A stretch of DNA of 64,000 bases from Paragordius varius (lineage: Eukaryota; Animalia; Nematomorpha). Positions 26,689 through 47,100 of this stretch are shown piece after piece; the first letter of the stretch is position 1, and each line of letters begins with the position of its first letter. Both the position numbers and the translations under genes were made by a program. Below the pieces are notes generated by a model. That model saw only the letters and a list, made by a program, of their open reading frames with translations, did no database searches and was not told the origin of the DNA. The stretch is from the NCBI GenBank assembly GCA_964247055.1, contig OZ176056.1, positions 4,278,001 through 4,342,000 on the forward strand, written 5' to 3'.

Positions 26689-27315
26689 TTAATCAAAAAA
26701 CTTAAATTGAAAAGATTTCTTTTCTAACGATGATGGAGTCGGCAACGGATCAAATATTTCATTTAACTCAACGGCGTTTTCGCATTCATGTGAATTAATT
26801 TTTGTAATATTTTGAACATTTTGTAATGATTTGGCTTCAAATAATTTATTAAGATTGTCGTTATGACGGTCTTGCAAATCTTTGGCATTTATGATAATAT
26901 CGGTTTCAACTTCAGATTCGTCTGAACTAGGTGGTGGAAGCTGTGATTTTTTGTGGCGAGATTGATAAAAGGCGTGCAGTTTAGTGTATAATTCAAATAT
27001 ATCATCTTCTTCAATACATGATAATTTGCTAATTGTATTTTTTGGTTTGTTTTTATTTTTGCTGCATGCAAAATTTTGATAAAATTTTATATCTAGCAAT
27101 TTACCACTTATTTCTCTTTGATGAAGTTTTGATATCACGGAATAGCATACTTCTTGATCAAAAAAATCGGCAATGGCATAAAGTTTTAGTTTAGTATGTC
27201 GGTTTTTGATTCGACAAATTATTCGAGTAGCTCCTAATTGTTGCAAAAACAATTTGGCGTCACGTTTACGGAATAGGGATGGAAAATTTTTAAATATCAA
27301 GGTGCGATTGCTCAT
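26689..27315 (-). CDS. RNPC3: RNPC3 / U11/U12 snRNP 65K-like protein (N-terminal RRM plus middle region; second RRM not found)
   Basis: 208-aa uninterrupted ORF with an N-terminal RRM (RTLIFKNFP..AIADF..KLHQREISGKLLDIKF), then PPPSSDESEVETD, DRHNDNLNKLFEAKSLQ and LNEIFDPLP..KKSFQFK. These recall the SSDESE acidic patch and the downstream segments of animal RNPC3 (from memory, not from an alignment). Confidence 0.75.
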   Translation of the reverse strand: MSNRTLIFKNFPSLFRKRDAKLFLQQLGATRIICRIKNRHTKLKLYAIADFFDQEVCYSVISKLHQREISGKLLDIKFYQNFACSKNKNKPKNTISKLSCIEEDDIFELYTKLHAFYQSRHKKSQLPPPSSDESEVETDIIINAKDLQDRHNDNLNKLFEAKSLQNVQNITKINSHECENAVELNEIFDPLPTPSSLEKKSFQFKFFD

Positions 27316-27947
27316 TTATCATATGATCGCACCGTTTACTGTTGAGCACATTTTTCCTTTCCTCAAATTTTATAATATCTAAAAATCCTTCTCCTAATAC
27401 ACCTCAATACAATTATCCTAAAAAGGTAAATTTTTATATATGCAAGCATTTAAATTTTAATTAAGATATGCAATCATTCTATAATATATTTAGGTGGGAC
27501 AAAATTATTATTTGTGGGTAACTGTGTATCAAAATTAAAAACAATCTTGACTTCAAATTAAAGCTATGGTAAGAATATTTAAATATAATGCATTCGGTAT
27601 CTCCAACTTAAAAGATTTTATTTTGGTCGTAAGAATGCAATAATAATTTTAATCATATATCGTTACATGTGTATATTTTTTGTACCCTTGATGGTTAGTG
27701 TTTATTATAATTTATAGATGTTCAATGGAAGTCAAATAAGGATCGTTTGATACATTTCTAATAGAGGTATATTGAACCAAATTATTTAATTTTGAAAGCA
27801 TTTAGTATCTCCAATTTAAACAAATTTTATTTTGGTCGTATAAATGCAAAATAGAGTATTAATAATATATATTTATCCGATTGCTTATAATTTTTTGTAA
27901 ATAATATATTTATTTTAACATGTTTTTAGGTTTGATTTGTCTTTCTA

Positions 27948-34852
<6,905 letters not shown>

Positions 34853-36679
34853 TTTTCAACTGTTTTTATGACAAAATTTTACTGCAAACATAGGTTACAT
34901 AAAATTGAATCCATGTATAGAGCACTTTCTTTCCTAAAATTAAATGATTGCGTCGAATTTATACAACTAAATGGTTTTGATTAATATTTGTCTGTTTTAT
35001 GTTTAACAACACAGTGTAACAAAATATCTTGATATAAAATATATATTCTGATATGAAAATGTATTAGTATTATGATCGTGCTATTGGTTTTGGCCCTTAC
35101 GATTTGAACATATTTATACATTTAATGGGCTCGATAAAAATGGCAAATTTTGCGCAAGTTTTATCTGTTTTAGTAAAAGGTAAATGCTTGATTTTCACTA
35201 TATAAAAAGCAAGAGAAATTTATTAATTATAAATTTTAGCTGCGGGTTGAAAGTCTCAAATTTTTAGATTGGTTCGAAACGCAAGCTCTAATAATACAGA
35301 TTATAATTGGGGTAAAAGATCTTAGACCATATTTGTATAGATATTTTTAATAAATTATTATTAAAAGGGACGGTTCCAGGTCATCGTATCCTATAAAATA
35401 ATTATCTAAATAGCCAAAATATTTATTAGTTGAAAAAATCCATATTAAAGTCCTTCGGCGCGTTTTACAACATTTTTTAATATTGGTTTTTTTATTTTAT
35501 CGCTAAAGTTAATGTTGTATTTTGGTTTTTTTATAATTAGCTGATGCACACATCCTATGTTTAAATTTTTTCAGGCTTATCTATATTCTAATATCAAGCT
35601 TTTTCTAATGAATTTTTTATATATGGGTTCATCAATTTGTATAAGGGCAAACCTTGGCTGAGGTTTCAATATATGTCATATTTTTCAAATATTTGATTTA
35701 AACAATGGGTTACTAGTTACTCCAATTGAATCGAAATACCAAAATTGAATTTCCAAATGTATTAGGCGAAGGAGTCGAGATTGTGCGATAAAAGTTTTTA
35801 TGCTAAATTTGGGCATCAAAAATAGTTTTTTACGAATTTTTGCATAAAAATTTAATTTCTAAAAAAGTAAGGGTTGTCTGGTATTTTGAAGCTTAGTCTT
35901 AACGATATAAAATGTTTTAAAATCTTATTTAGTCCGATCGTTCTGAACATTTCTACAGTTTAAATAGTAAATAATTTACTGTTTTGAAAATTGTTTAGGT
36001 TAATATTTAATGGTCAAACGTATTATAAAAAAACTTAGGATTCTTATAGTTTTTTGACTTTTAGAGTTCTAAAATGATATATCTCCAAAAAACGATTGAA
36101 ACGGGCAGCTGTTAATTAAAACTCATAAAAATCTAAAATTTACTGATAAATTTTGGGCTTTCCAAAATTATATATGTTTTTCATCCATATCAGTATTTAT
36201 TTGCTTGTTGGCGATTTCATATAAATTAAGGAAAAAGTCGGCCAAAAAGTTAATAAAATCTTTAACAACTTCATTTTTAAGTAAACTTTTTGTATTATGC
36301 TCTTAAAAGGCCAAATAAAGCATATCTTAAAATTTGTCACAAAGCTAAAAATTATTGTCAGGATATTTAAATTTTAAAGAACTCTAGGGTATAAAACTAT
36401 GAGTGTTCAACATCATTATATCTAAAAAATATTTTAATTATTGAAGGGCATCTTTACCGTTTTTATTATCCTTAGTATAAAGTACACTTCAACAAAATTT
36501 GAATAAATTAAGCATTTTTTTATTATATATTTTTTGATCCTATGAACTCACATATTTAAAAATTTATCGCCTCGACATTTTTGCGTTTGTAAATTAACCG
36601 ATTTTAGAAGGGTAATTTGGGATTTTCGGACACTAAAATTTAAATTTTATAAAATTATGTTTCTTTTTAAAAATACTGT

Positions 36680-36713
<34 letters not shown>

Positions 36714-38297
36714 TGCTATTTTCGGAATAACATGCTATTGTGATTTTTTGAGATCGGCAATTACTACCAAAATGCAAAATCACCCGTAAGTCCCAAAACA
36801 AAAAGCACAACTCCAACATATCATCAAATTATGTTTTCCTCTCGATTCTGGGAGAAGTAATCAAAATTGTTTTTGCTTAATATAATTTCTACATTTTTAA
36901 AATCTAATTTAAGAGTTAAATTTTAGATATATGAATTTATGATAGCTCAATTCAACGATATAAAGATGTTAGATGTAAAGCATTTTAATTTACTTTAACA
37001 CTTCTGTTTTGATTGTTGTATGTATTTTCTGGCTGTTTTATAACATGGAATTCGAAAATATTTGTTAGCAATTTTGATTAAATTCTAGTTAACTGCACAC
37101 AATTATAAGCTTATATTACTTGTCTTTTATTTAAAATTGCTAAAATAAAAGTTTCTGAAGAATTATATTTAATTTTTTGATCATATATATTTTTAATGGG
37201 AGAATTTAATCAAAGAAAAAATGGAAGGAAAATGTATGAAACGACCACTCTCTTTTATATAAAAGTTTTTTGGATCATGCACCTCGTAATTGACCATAAT
37301 ATATTTTAATTTAACCATTTATTAAGCATTTGGGGTTTTGATGATGCCAGTTTTTATACAATTTTTAATTTATTATTTTGATGACATAGAATGATTTTTC
37401 CAATAAAATAAATATTTTTATAATTGATTTATAGCTCTATAAATTGACTATATAATATACACAGCTCAAATTCGCCCGTAAAATTTCAATTGCGCATTTT
37501 CCTTTGAACATTTTATATTTGCTAGAAATATTATATGTTTTTGGGGTAATCTAATTTATTATTAATAAATATTTCTCATCGGCTGTTTTTACTTCAGAAA
37601 TTTTTTGTTGTGATTTGATAAAATGAATGTTGTTTATTTTTAATTTAGGGAATTTAAACTCATCGAAAAAAGATTTTTCTATTATCTGATTGCCCTATAT
37701 CAGAAAAAACCGCAAATCCTAGATAAAAAGGCTAATTTCGAATACTTTAATTCAGCTAAATTTTAAGAATTTTGAAACAGATGAAGCATAACTGATAATT
37801 AAAATAAGTAATTATATGAATTCAATAATACCAAAAATATAAATTTTAGTACAAAACATAAAATTTAAAATAATTTAACCGAATCTTTATTTATAAACAC
37901 TGACTAATTACTGAATCCATAACCATGGAAAATTATGTAAATTTTTGGCCAATATAAAAATTCAATGTCTCATGATAAAAATATTTTGCATATAGGTATA
38001 CTATTAAAAAAATTTAAAATAAATTTATTGAGGAATAATTGTAAAAATTTGTTTATTCACAACTAAAGATTAAATTATGAAATATACAAACAAAAACCAA
38101 ATCTAAACTTGTCTGATTTCCTTCAAAATATAAAAATATTTAAAATTTATTCCAAAATTTACTATTATTGCATGACAAAATTATAAAAATGCTAATAATA
38201 ATAATAATTGAATGCCCTAATAATAAAAAAATTATATAATTATCGTACAAAAGGAAATTTTAATTTTATAAAAATTTCCAAATTGATTGTTGTAGTT

Positions 38298-41200
38298 TCA
38301 TGATAAACACAAAAGTTTGAGCGTTTGTTTGTGAAATTTTCGTTTTAATCGTTCTCCAGGAGGGTAATATTTTGGTGAATAGCGGGTAGGGCTTTCAAGA
38401 ATTTGTCGCCTTTCCTTATCTCGAAACGATCTAAATTGCATAATATGAGATTAGAGGGAGGAATTTTGGTAATAAAATGATTTTAATTAGACAATTTAGA
38501 TTTCGATTATATCATATAACAGGTGCACAGTCATAAGTTTTTTACCGGTTTATTGGTATGAAAAAAATTGAGTATTAATTTTATTTGAATTATTGTACAT
38601 GGGCTTATATACGTTTTGCCCATCTCTCAGGTAATAATTGAATGACGTGCCAGAATAACAGATTGACCTTTGTGGCAAATCTTTCGACAAATCATTTTTC
38701 AACCTCTTGGAAATTATTATATCGCTACCAGTGCAAGAGTTTACCATACTTTTAAAGTATTTTTTAGTTAAAATTTTGATATTAACTTATGATTACACCT
38801 GGTTTAATCGCTTTTTAGAGTAAATATATATTGATTTTATCAATAAAATTTCTAATTATTTTATTATTACAAAAAACGTTTTTGTTTAATTTAAAAGACC
38901 TTATGAGTCGGACACAATCATAAAATGCTGGTTCTATGTTATAGCCCATTTTTGCGCTCGTTTCCAGGTATGGAATAGAAAATTCATCTGCAATTTGAAT
39001 GGCTTCTTGGGAACTAACCTGAAAATTTACAAATAATGTTACAATATATTTAGCTACATATATAACACATAATCTAAATATAATACTTGAATTATCTCAT
39101 GTAAAAGGTTAAAAAAAATAATTTTCTGAAATTATTATAGCGTAAAGATTTTAAATGTTTTTGGGTAAAATTATATTTATATATGGCCCAAAGAACCGTT
39201 GTCCTTCATATGAAAATTAATTTAAAGTAATTATAACATTTACAGTTCAAATTCACTCTTAAAAAATTCAAATTCACCCTCGAACAATAAAATTCACTCT
39301 AATAAATTATGTGTTTTTATTAATATGAAATATATCTTTATGGAATTACTATTTTTTCATTATTTTAATTTAAAATAAAATTTTTATTTTTTAAAAATAT
39401 ATTAAAATATAAGGTAATTTTTAATCTCAAAAAACATATATTTTATTTGAGAGTAAATTTGAATTGTTCAAGGGTAAATTTGAATTGTAAATGGTATAGC
39501 TAAATAAATAGATTGTTTTTGTTATAATTTATTGAATAATTCAGATCTTATTAAAAACAATTATATAAAAAGTAATTAAAAAATATTTCAATAACTTTTT
39601 TAATTTAAAATTGTTAAAAAAATGTCTATACAAATATTGTGAAAATATTTTGATTTATTTGCAAAGCGGTGTCGAGTCTCTAAAAAAATTAAAAAAAATA
39701 ATTAAATGTTAAAATTAAATTTATCAATAATTTTAAATTAAATTAATATTCTGCTAAAAAAAACTTTTTGGAAACAAATTTATTGAAAATAAAATATATA
39801 CCTACCTCATGATGGTGTAGGGGTAAATCGCATTTATTACCAATTAGAATGATGGGTGCGTAAGTTTCACAATCTTTAACTCGTAAAATCAATTTATGTA
39901 ATGTTTGAGCTTCGTAAAAACTAAAAAATTCAAAAAATTATAATTATAAAGATTAATGTAGAAATATAAAATGAATCATGTTTTTTGTGCGAATACATAC
40001 GAATATAACTTGAACGTGGCTAAATAATTGATTTGAAATAAAATATCTTATAAAAAATTGGTTATTCGTTTTTTAGCATAAGTTAGTAAAAACTATTGTT
40101 TGATTTGAGATTATTACATATCAAATTAAAATATAGGTAATAATTTCTAATTATTAAATAAAACATAAAATCGGAAAAAATAACAACTAAAGATATTTCC
40201 CAAGTTAATTTAAATTTGATTTCAATATGTTCGTTAATATTTTCAATGTATTTAAAATTACTTTTTTTTGAAAAAAATTCTAGATTTATAAAGCCATATA
40301 TACATTTAGCATTTTGCAAAAATTTGAAATTAATGTAAAAATATTAGGTACAATCAAATTGCTATAGATATATAAAAAAAACCTGGTTCTATCATTTATG
40401 GCAAAAACGAGGAGAAACCCATCACCTGTTCTAAGGTATTGTTCACGCATCGCGCTAAATTCTTCTTGACCTGCTGTGTCCAGTACTGTATATAAAATTA
40501 TAAAAAATGGTAAAAATAAAATAAAAAATTTAAATTTTTTCCCATAAGTATTTTATAAAATAAAGATACCATCCAGTTTAGCTAATTGGTCATCTATGAG
40601 GCATTGTTTACGATAAGAATCTTCAATAGTTGGATCATAATCCAGCACAAAATAAGACTATATAACGGTGTGATAAAAAAGTTTAGAAATAATGTATATC
40701 TAAGTAAAATTTGCAATTAAGGCAAAGTTTAAAAACTAATATAAACAAATATATTTTATTTTTTAAACTGCCATAATTTTTACACCTAATTGGATTTTTA
40801 ATATAATTGGTAAATTATGACAATTGTTAAATGTATAAAGTGTTTTCCAACCTGGATAAACTATATTCAAAAAAACTTTTCCCTTATGTTTTGCCCCTAT
40901 AATTTTTTTCTCATAGAAATTTATAATTTGAGTTCCACCAAAAAATGGCATTATCATTTTGTATCAATAAGATTCTGTATCAATCATTTAAATTTTAATA
41001 TGTGAATATTAGGAGAGGTGTTAAGTTATAGTTCAGTGTTTCAAAAAGAATATGTCACGACTTGTTAGGGTATTTTTTCAAAATATTTAACTTAAATCTT
41101 AAAATCCAGAATAGTGAAATGATATGATAAATAATGTTGGGAACATCGAATAGTTTATGGGAAATATTACCGTTACTTTATAAACCTGAGCCTTAATCAA

Positions 41201-43715
41201 TAATTAAGGTTTTATAAATTATTGCCAATTTATTTTAAAAAGCCTTGAAATAAACTTTTGGAAAAAACCCTTTTAGGTTATGATAACGAGACTAATATTG
41301 GGCATTTCGATATTTAAATTCACATGTTTGTTGGTATGTAACAAATGTATTCATATGTTTTTACTGACATTTTTTTAAAAACGGATATAATTCTCAAGGA
41401 AATTAATTAATAATTATTTGTGATATTGTGCATCGGCTTTTACAAATTTCGCTCTCAAAAAGCGATTAACTTTTGCGACAAACCATTCATCATTGCATTT
41501 TTCAACGTCTTCGAAATTATTGAAGTGTTGCTCTATCAGGATGTGCTATGATGTAAAGTTTTATCAGTCAGATGGCGCCATTCAACGGATACGGAAAAAA
41601 TTCCTCCCGATTTTAAGGTGTCCATCATTGGTATTGCTGTGCGAGACGAAGCATCATGTAGAAAAATCACTTTGTCATGTCTTTTGGCCACTCAGTTTCT
41701 TTTATGTTGATATGGAAGTTTTACATATACTAATCAATAAAGCATGTTCAACATTTTCTGCCCACAAAAGATAACTTGAATATCCTTTTTATTCTGGTGA
41801 CAATGGGTGCCACAAATGTTCCTTTTCCGGCACAAAATTCGCCATGATTTTTTTGATAAAAAAAGACGCTAGTTTTTTATGAATTCAACTTGTGTGTGTG
41901 TGTGTGTCGTTTGATTTCAGATGCAAAAAATGTGATATACAGTAGCGTATGGCATATAACATTATTAGTCCATGAAAGAATAAAAAAATGTTTTTCTCAA
42001 AAAAAACAAGGGGATATTATGGATATGTCTATATACAACTAGGCTTTTTTTAAAAAATCAGATTTTTTTATTCTTTTGTGGACAAATAATGTTTTATGCC
42101 ATACGCCACTGTATGTATCAAATTTATCGTCTGCGTACTTTGCAAGCTTAGCTCAGATAACACTTGACTACACCTAGTATTAGATCTTTTAATTATGCAA
42201 GCATTTTTATTGCCAACATGATAATATATTGCGAACCGGAACTTACAACAATTAAATATCTAATTACCGAAAATGATAAATCTAATGCTTGTCATTTTTA
42301 GCCAATTTAAAAACCGAAATGACCAATAATACTATCGTTATTGTATATTGTAATATTTTTAAGTATTAAAAAGTCCATAAATTTATAGTAAAAATTGAAT
42401 TATACGGACTAAATGTAAAAATATAACAAAGCCATACTTTATTAAACCCTAATTTATCATATAAAAAACATTTAATTACAATCATGATATACATAATAGA
42501 TTGTGTTACCAATTTAATTCTATATTATACTTTGAAGAATTTAATGAGTTATATTTAAATCAACATAAAAGTATGGTTGTCTTTTAAAAAAAATTTGTCT
42601 TCATATTTTCACGTTTTGTCTTTATAATTTAGATTTTTTCTTTAAATGTTTATAGGGATTATGCCGCCAAAAACTTAAAAAGTTTCACTTCATTGTATGA
42701 TAAAAAAGAAGTTGATTCGTATGACTTTTTTAAAAATATATAATTTCATTACACAAAAGGTGGAACAAACCAATAAATAAACTGTTGAAAATATAAAAAA
42801 GAGAGTTTAATAGATAGATTACATATATGACTTTTATCTATATTTTTTAATTATCTTGATTAACCCACATACGCATGTGCTGAAATTAAATAAATACCGC
42901 AATTTGTAAAAAAATAATTTTATAACAATAAAAGTTTAATTAAAATAAGTAAAAGAAAATTAGAGAGAAATAATGCAAAGCCCCCCAATAAATTAATAAA
43001 TATTTTAAAACTTAAATTAATTTATGTTAATGAGAGGGTTGAAGTCCAAATGGGAATAAAAAAGATGAAATTTATTAAAACAAAATAAAATTGTTATCAT
43101 TGAAATAATCTATTATTTTTGTGTAAAGAATTTTCACTCTTTAAATCTGCATATTTTTATGCGAATTAAATAAAAAATCTGAAGTTCAGTAAAATAATGA
43201 ATGCGAAACCACATTTGTTGAGTAAATTGCCCAATTAAAATACATAAATTAAATTTTTTTATGATTTTGCATTAAATAATCCATTAAAAAATTTTATTTA
43301 TAAATATTTAAATCATAAAAATAATTTGTTAGGTCACATAGTTTATCAAACAATTAAATAGTCTAATCAATCAAAATTACAAGATATGTCAAAATTAATA
43401 TTCAATAATTATGCAAATTAGGGTGTAGAAAATAAATTATGAACAATCAATTTTTAATAATCAAATATACAATTATAAATATTAATGAAATTATTCCACT
43501 AACGAATATTATAATATAAATAGAAAAAATATAAATAAAGATTATCAAATATTTAAAAATTTATTGATAAAATTTTAATTTGGTACTTGTATAAATTGAA
43601 TGGTTATAGCACTTTTTCCGACACCACCGCTCCCAACAACTATAATTTTGTAATTTTGAGACTCTTGAATAGAATTCGTCGCTTTGGATAAATTCCTCTC
43701 TTTGTGAAAAAACAT
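38298..43715 (-). CDS. RRAS2: R-Ras / R-Ras2-like small GTPase (228 aa, 6 exons)
   Basis: Exons (minus strand) 43715-43587, 40657-40570, 40485-40383, 39920-39806, 39018-38900, 38430-38298; 687 nt. G1 [33 protein letters not shown]3 [16 protein letters not shown]4 NKCD, G5 ETSAK. The last exon and start codon are less certain; the symbol denotes subfamily, not proven orthology. Confidence 0.9.
39236..39498. mobile_element. MITE family B with 21-bp subterminal tandem repeats
   Basis: Ends CATTTACAGTTCAAATTCAC and GAATTGTAAATGGTATA, with tandem GGGTGAATTTGAATTGTTCAA-type 21-mers inverted at both ends. Confidence 0.8.
41380..41860 (-). mobile_element. Mariner transposase C-terminal remnant
   Basis: Minus-strand broken translation [39 protein letters not shown] resembles the Mos1-type C-terminus; frameshifts are present. 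Confidence 0.75.
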
Positions 43716-44214
43716 GTGCACTTTACATATGATATAAAAAGGTAAGCGTATGATTAAAGATATTTTATGCAATATAGGATGCTAAACTAAAAAAATTTAT
43801 AATATTAAATGAATTAAATATTTTTAATACTGCATAAATTTACTTCCTTACCTTTCGGGGTAATTTTTCCCGGATCTTTGTTATATCTAAAAAATTAAGG
43901 GATTAGGCTTTATCGAACTTGAAAAAACCTAATTTTTATTCTGCCCCTTTGCTCAATTTTTAAATCTACCACAAAATATATATATATATACACTGCGTCT
44001 CTATTCGGGGCTGCAAACAATATCCAGCCGAAATATATGTACTCTGATTGATAAATATATCAGGATTTTCAAAAGTCTTTGGTTTTGAGAGTGACTAGGT
44101 TAGTAACACTTGTAGTAATTATTTCATATCAAATAATGACAAAATTCCCGTAAATTTATTTAACACTCCATAAAGTTTTAGGGTTATATTACAGAGCGAT
44201 TAAATCTTAAAAAG

Positions 44215-44770
44215 TATTTAACACCATTCATGTATTTAAATACCCCAGACAATATTTAAATTGATATGTTTAAAAAAATACTGAAAGAAACTTTACCAAT
44301 TTAATTCTGTTCTTCTATCTAATAAAAATTATAAGAATAAGCCAAAATTTTTAAATAAAATTAAGTTTTGGAAAAAAGTACCGTATCAAACTACTTGAAT
44401 GGCATTTTCATTTTGCAACATTGTAAAATATCGAGTCTTTTTTAAATCAACTAATATTAAGTTTACTTTAACAATCACACGTAACATTAATATATGCAGA
44501 AAAAGGGTATATTTTGCATTATTGTATTTTGCTATGCATACTAGTCATCTTGGTTAAATTTTTACCTTTTAGTTTAGCCCTGAATAAGTAATGTCTAGTA
44601 TTTTTTAATAAATTTTTTATTATATTTCAGTTTATTAATGCTATGTAAATGCAAATTGGTTATAATTTATTCCATATTTTTTGAATATTTATATTTAAAC
44701 AAGCCTGGGGTATCTAACTAACCCAATTTGAATCGAAGGAATAAAATAAATGCGTTGTATTCATGAGTTA
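44215..44770 (-). mobile_element. Degraded piggyBac-type MITE; a truncated plus-strand copy starts at 45206 (to ~45510)
   Basis: TAAATACCCCAGAC and GGGGTATCTAACTAACCCAATTTGAATCGAAGG family motifs; TTAA|CACTTGGATAC at 45202-45216. Confidence 0.75.
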
Positions 44771-45991
44771 TGATTAAGTCAAATATAAAAAGTTAGCCCT
44801 TTAAGCGTATTATAAAAAAAAATTTTAAAAAATGTAAAATTGTAAAAAATCATCATTTCAACTTTTTGCCACTATTTTTTTATAAATTTTTAAAGTACAA
44901 ATGCAGACGCTAAAATATTATGGCTAAAAAATTTATAATATACATATCATATTTACCAGCTAAAACGTACAATTTAATTTCAATGTCGGTTAGTGTCGAT
45001 GTTTTGTAGCTTCCCAATTTCAAATCGAAATGACATAACTGTAGAATATATAACCTTATCTCTCTATGAGAACAATGTTTTATTAAATTTTAAGTAACTT
45101 TCAAAGTTGCTTATTAACAATATTGAGCTCAGGGATATAAAACTACCCCATATGTCAACTAGGGCAAAAAAGTGAAAAGGTCATCAAGTGTTATAATTTT
45201 GTTAACACTTGGATACAGCACACTCATTAGTCCTTCGATCCAAATCGGGGTGGTTGGATACCCCAGGTCTGTTTAAAATCAAATACTTTAAAATGTATGG
45301 AAGGAATCGGAACCATGGTAAAATTTTGCACTTGTATAACATTAATAAACCGAAATATATAAAAAAAATATCTAAAAATACTTGATATTACTAATTTTAA
45401 ACTAAAACCGAAAGGTAAAAATTTCGTCCACATGACATGTGTGAAATGGTAAAATAATATCTTACTACAAAAAAACCGCTTCTTCTTTTTCTTTCATTGT
45501 CAGATGTAATTTAAGAAGACGATTCCTACGCTTTTACACATCTCAGGGCAAGGGGACGTAATAAATTAACTGATGCAAGAGTGAATCCGTAATAAACTAA
45601 ATATATTCTGACCTAAAATAAATTATATTAAAAATTCTACCAGCAAAATTTTAGCAAATCAAAGAATAAATGAAAATCTATTTTTAATTCATATACTTAG
45701 AGTACGAGCCGTATTAAGCCGGTCCAATGATTTAGTAATATAATGTGAGTCAAAAATTTTCATGAAAAAAGATAAAATTTTCAGATAATATTTAGCTGCA
45801 ATTATATTGAAGAATGTATGAATAAAAATCTCACCTAAAATGGGGGAAATTTTAAATTAAAAATGTTGTGTAACAATAAAAAGATGATGGGATTTAAGAA
45901 TATAGAATTAAAATATAAAAAATCAGTTAGGAGCCAAAATATTAGGAATTAAAAATATAAAAAATCAAAAAGGGCTTATCTATGGTGTGAT

Positions 45992-46658
45992 TAGGGTTGT
46001 GCTGACCAAGTCATGACCCGGTCATTGACTATTTATTTTTTGACCATGGTTATTTTAAAATCAGATGTTTTTGAAAAATAGCTGGTAATTTTTTGGAAGT
46101 TATTAAAAAAATATAAATTAAATATTTAAATTTGCTTATTTAACAATATATAATTGTTAAACACGCATCCTTGTAACATTAGCATTTAAGCATATCCAGT
46201 TATTTCGAAAAACAAAACAATCAAGCATTTTGCAAAATATGCATTTATTTCATATATGTGAGCCAATAAAATAAAAAAATTTTATAATTGGATATTTCAA
46301 TGATGAAAGAAAGTGTAAAACAAACTAGAATTTTATTTGAAGTATTCAGTATTAAAAGCTATGTATTTGAAGATTTAGAAGGCGACAAACATGTGGCAAA
46401 ATCTATTTGAAGACAAAATTCTTGATTAAATTTGATTGAAAATATTTGAAAAAATAAATATCCAAAAAATGTATAATATAAACTTTCAAGAAAAAACATG
46501 ACATTATTAGTGAAACGCAAGTGTGGTACGAACATTATTTTAATCCAATATCGGATGATATTTATTTTAGTAAAAAATGGTCATGACCGTGCTCCTGACC
46601 ATGGTCTGACTAAGTCTGACCGGACCTTTTTAAAAAAGCAATCAAATGCACAACTCTA
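45992..46658. mobile_element. hAT-type non-autonomous element (667 bp)
   Basis: TIRs TAGGGTTGTGC and GCACAACTCTA, a perfect 8-bp TSD GGTGTGAT (45984-45991 and 46659-46666), and clustered TGACC/GGTCA subterminal motifs. Confidence 0.9.
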
Positions 46659-46689
46659 GGTGTGATACATACGAGCGGCTAAAATTGCA

Positions 46690-47100
46690 CAAGCTCTGCA
46701 AAAACCTGCCTACTTGACGCGACACCCCAAGCCCTCCAATAATTCGCCCAGGTATCCCAAAGCCGGGTAGAAGAGACCTACAGAGAATCTGCAAAGTAGT
46801 TACGGTCAGCAGCGGAAAGTTGAAATGTCCTCAGATTTCCCAAAATAGAGACAGTCAAATTCGACCTGGAAATCGAAATTATAGGATTTAATGAGTACAA
46901 GGGTTCCTGCTATTTTAGGCTAAAGTATGGTAAGATATCCACTATCCAGAAAAGCCATCCCTAAAATCTCGGCGTTTTTGTGGTAGTAAAGTTACAATCC
47001 AACATTCGGGTTTAAACGACTCATCTACAAACCTTCGGAATATGGGTTGCATCCACGATATCATATAAAAATTTAAACGTTCTCATCAATTGACTCATGC
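46690..47100 (-). mobile_element. Probable LINE RT C-terminal / 3-prime remnant
   Basis: GC-richer island. The minus-strand reading gives TLLPQKRRD and RNYFADS..STRLWDT, reminiscent of CR1/L2/Jockey RT C-termini; heavily decayed. Confidence 0.4.

Noticed and set aside
27590-27900. ~210-bp imperfect direct duplication between RNPC3 and the end of GFUS copy D
   Set aside because: Real but short and diverged, with no evidence of function.
40486-40569. Ras intron donor GTATCTTT resembling a U12 5-prime site
   Set aside because: It mismatches the near-invariant GTATCC core and has no convincing U12 branch sequence.
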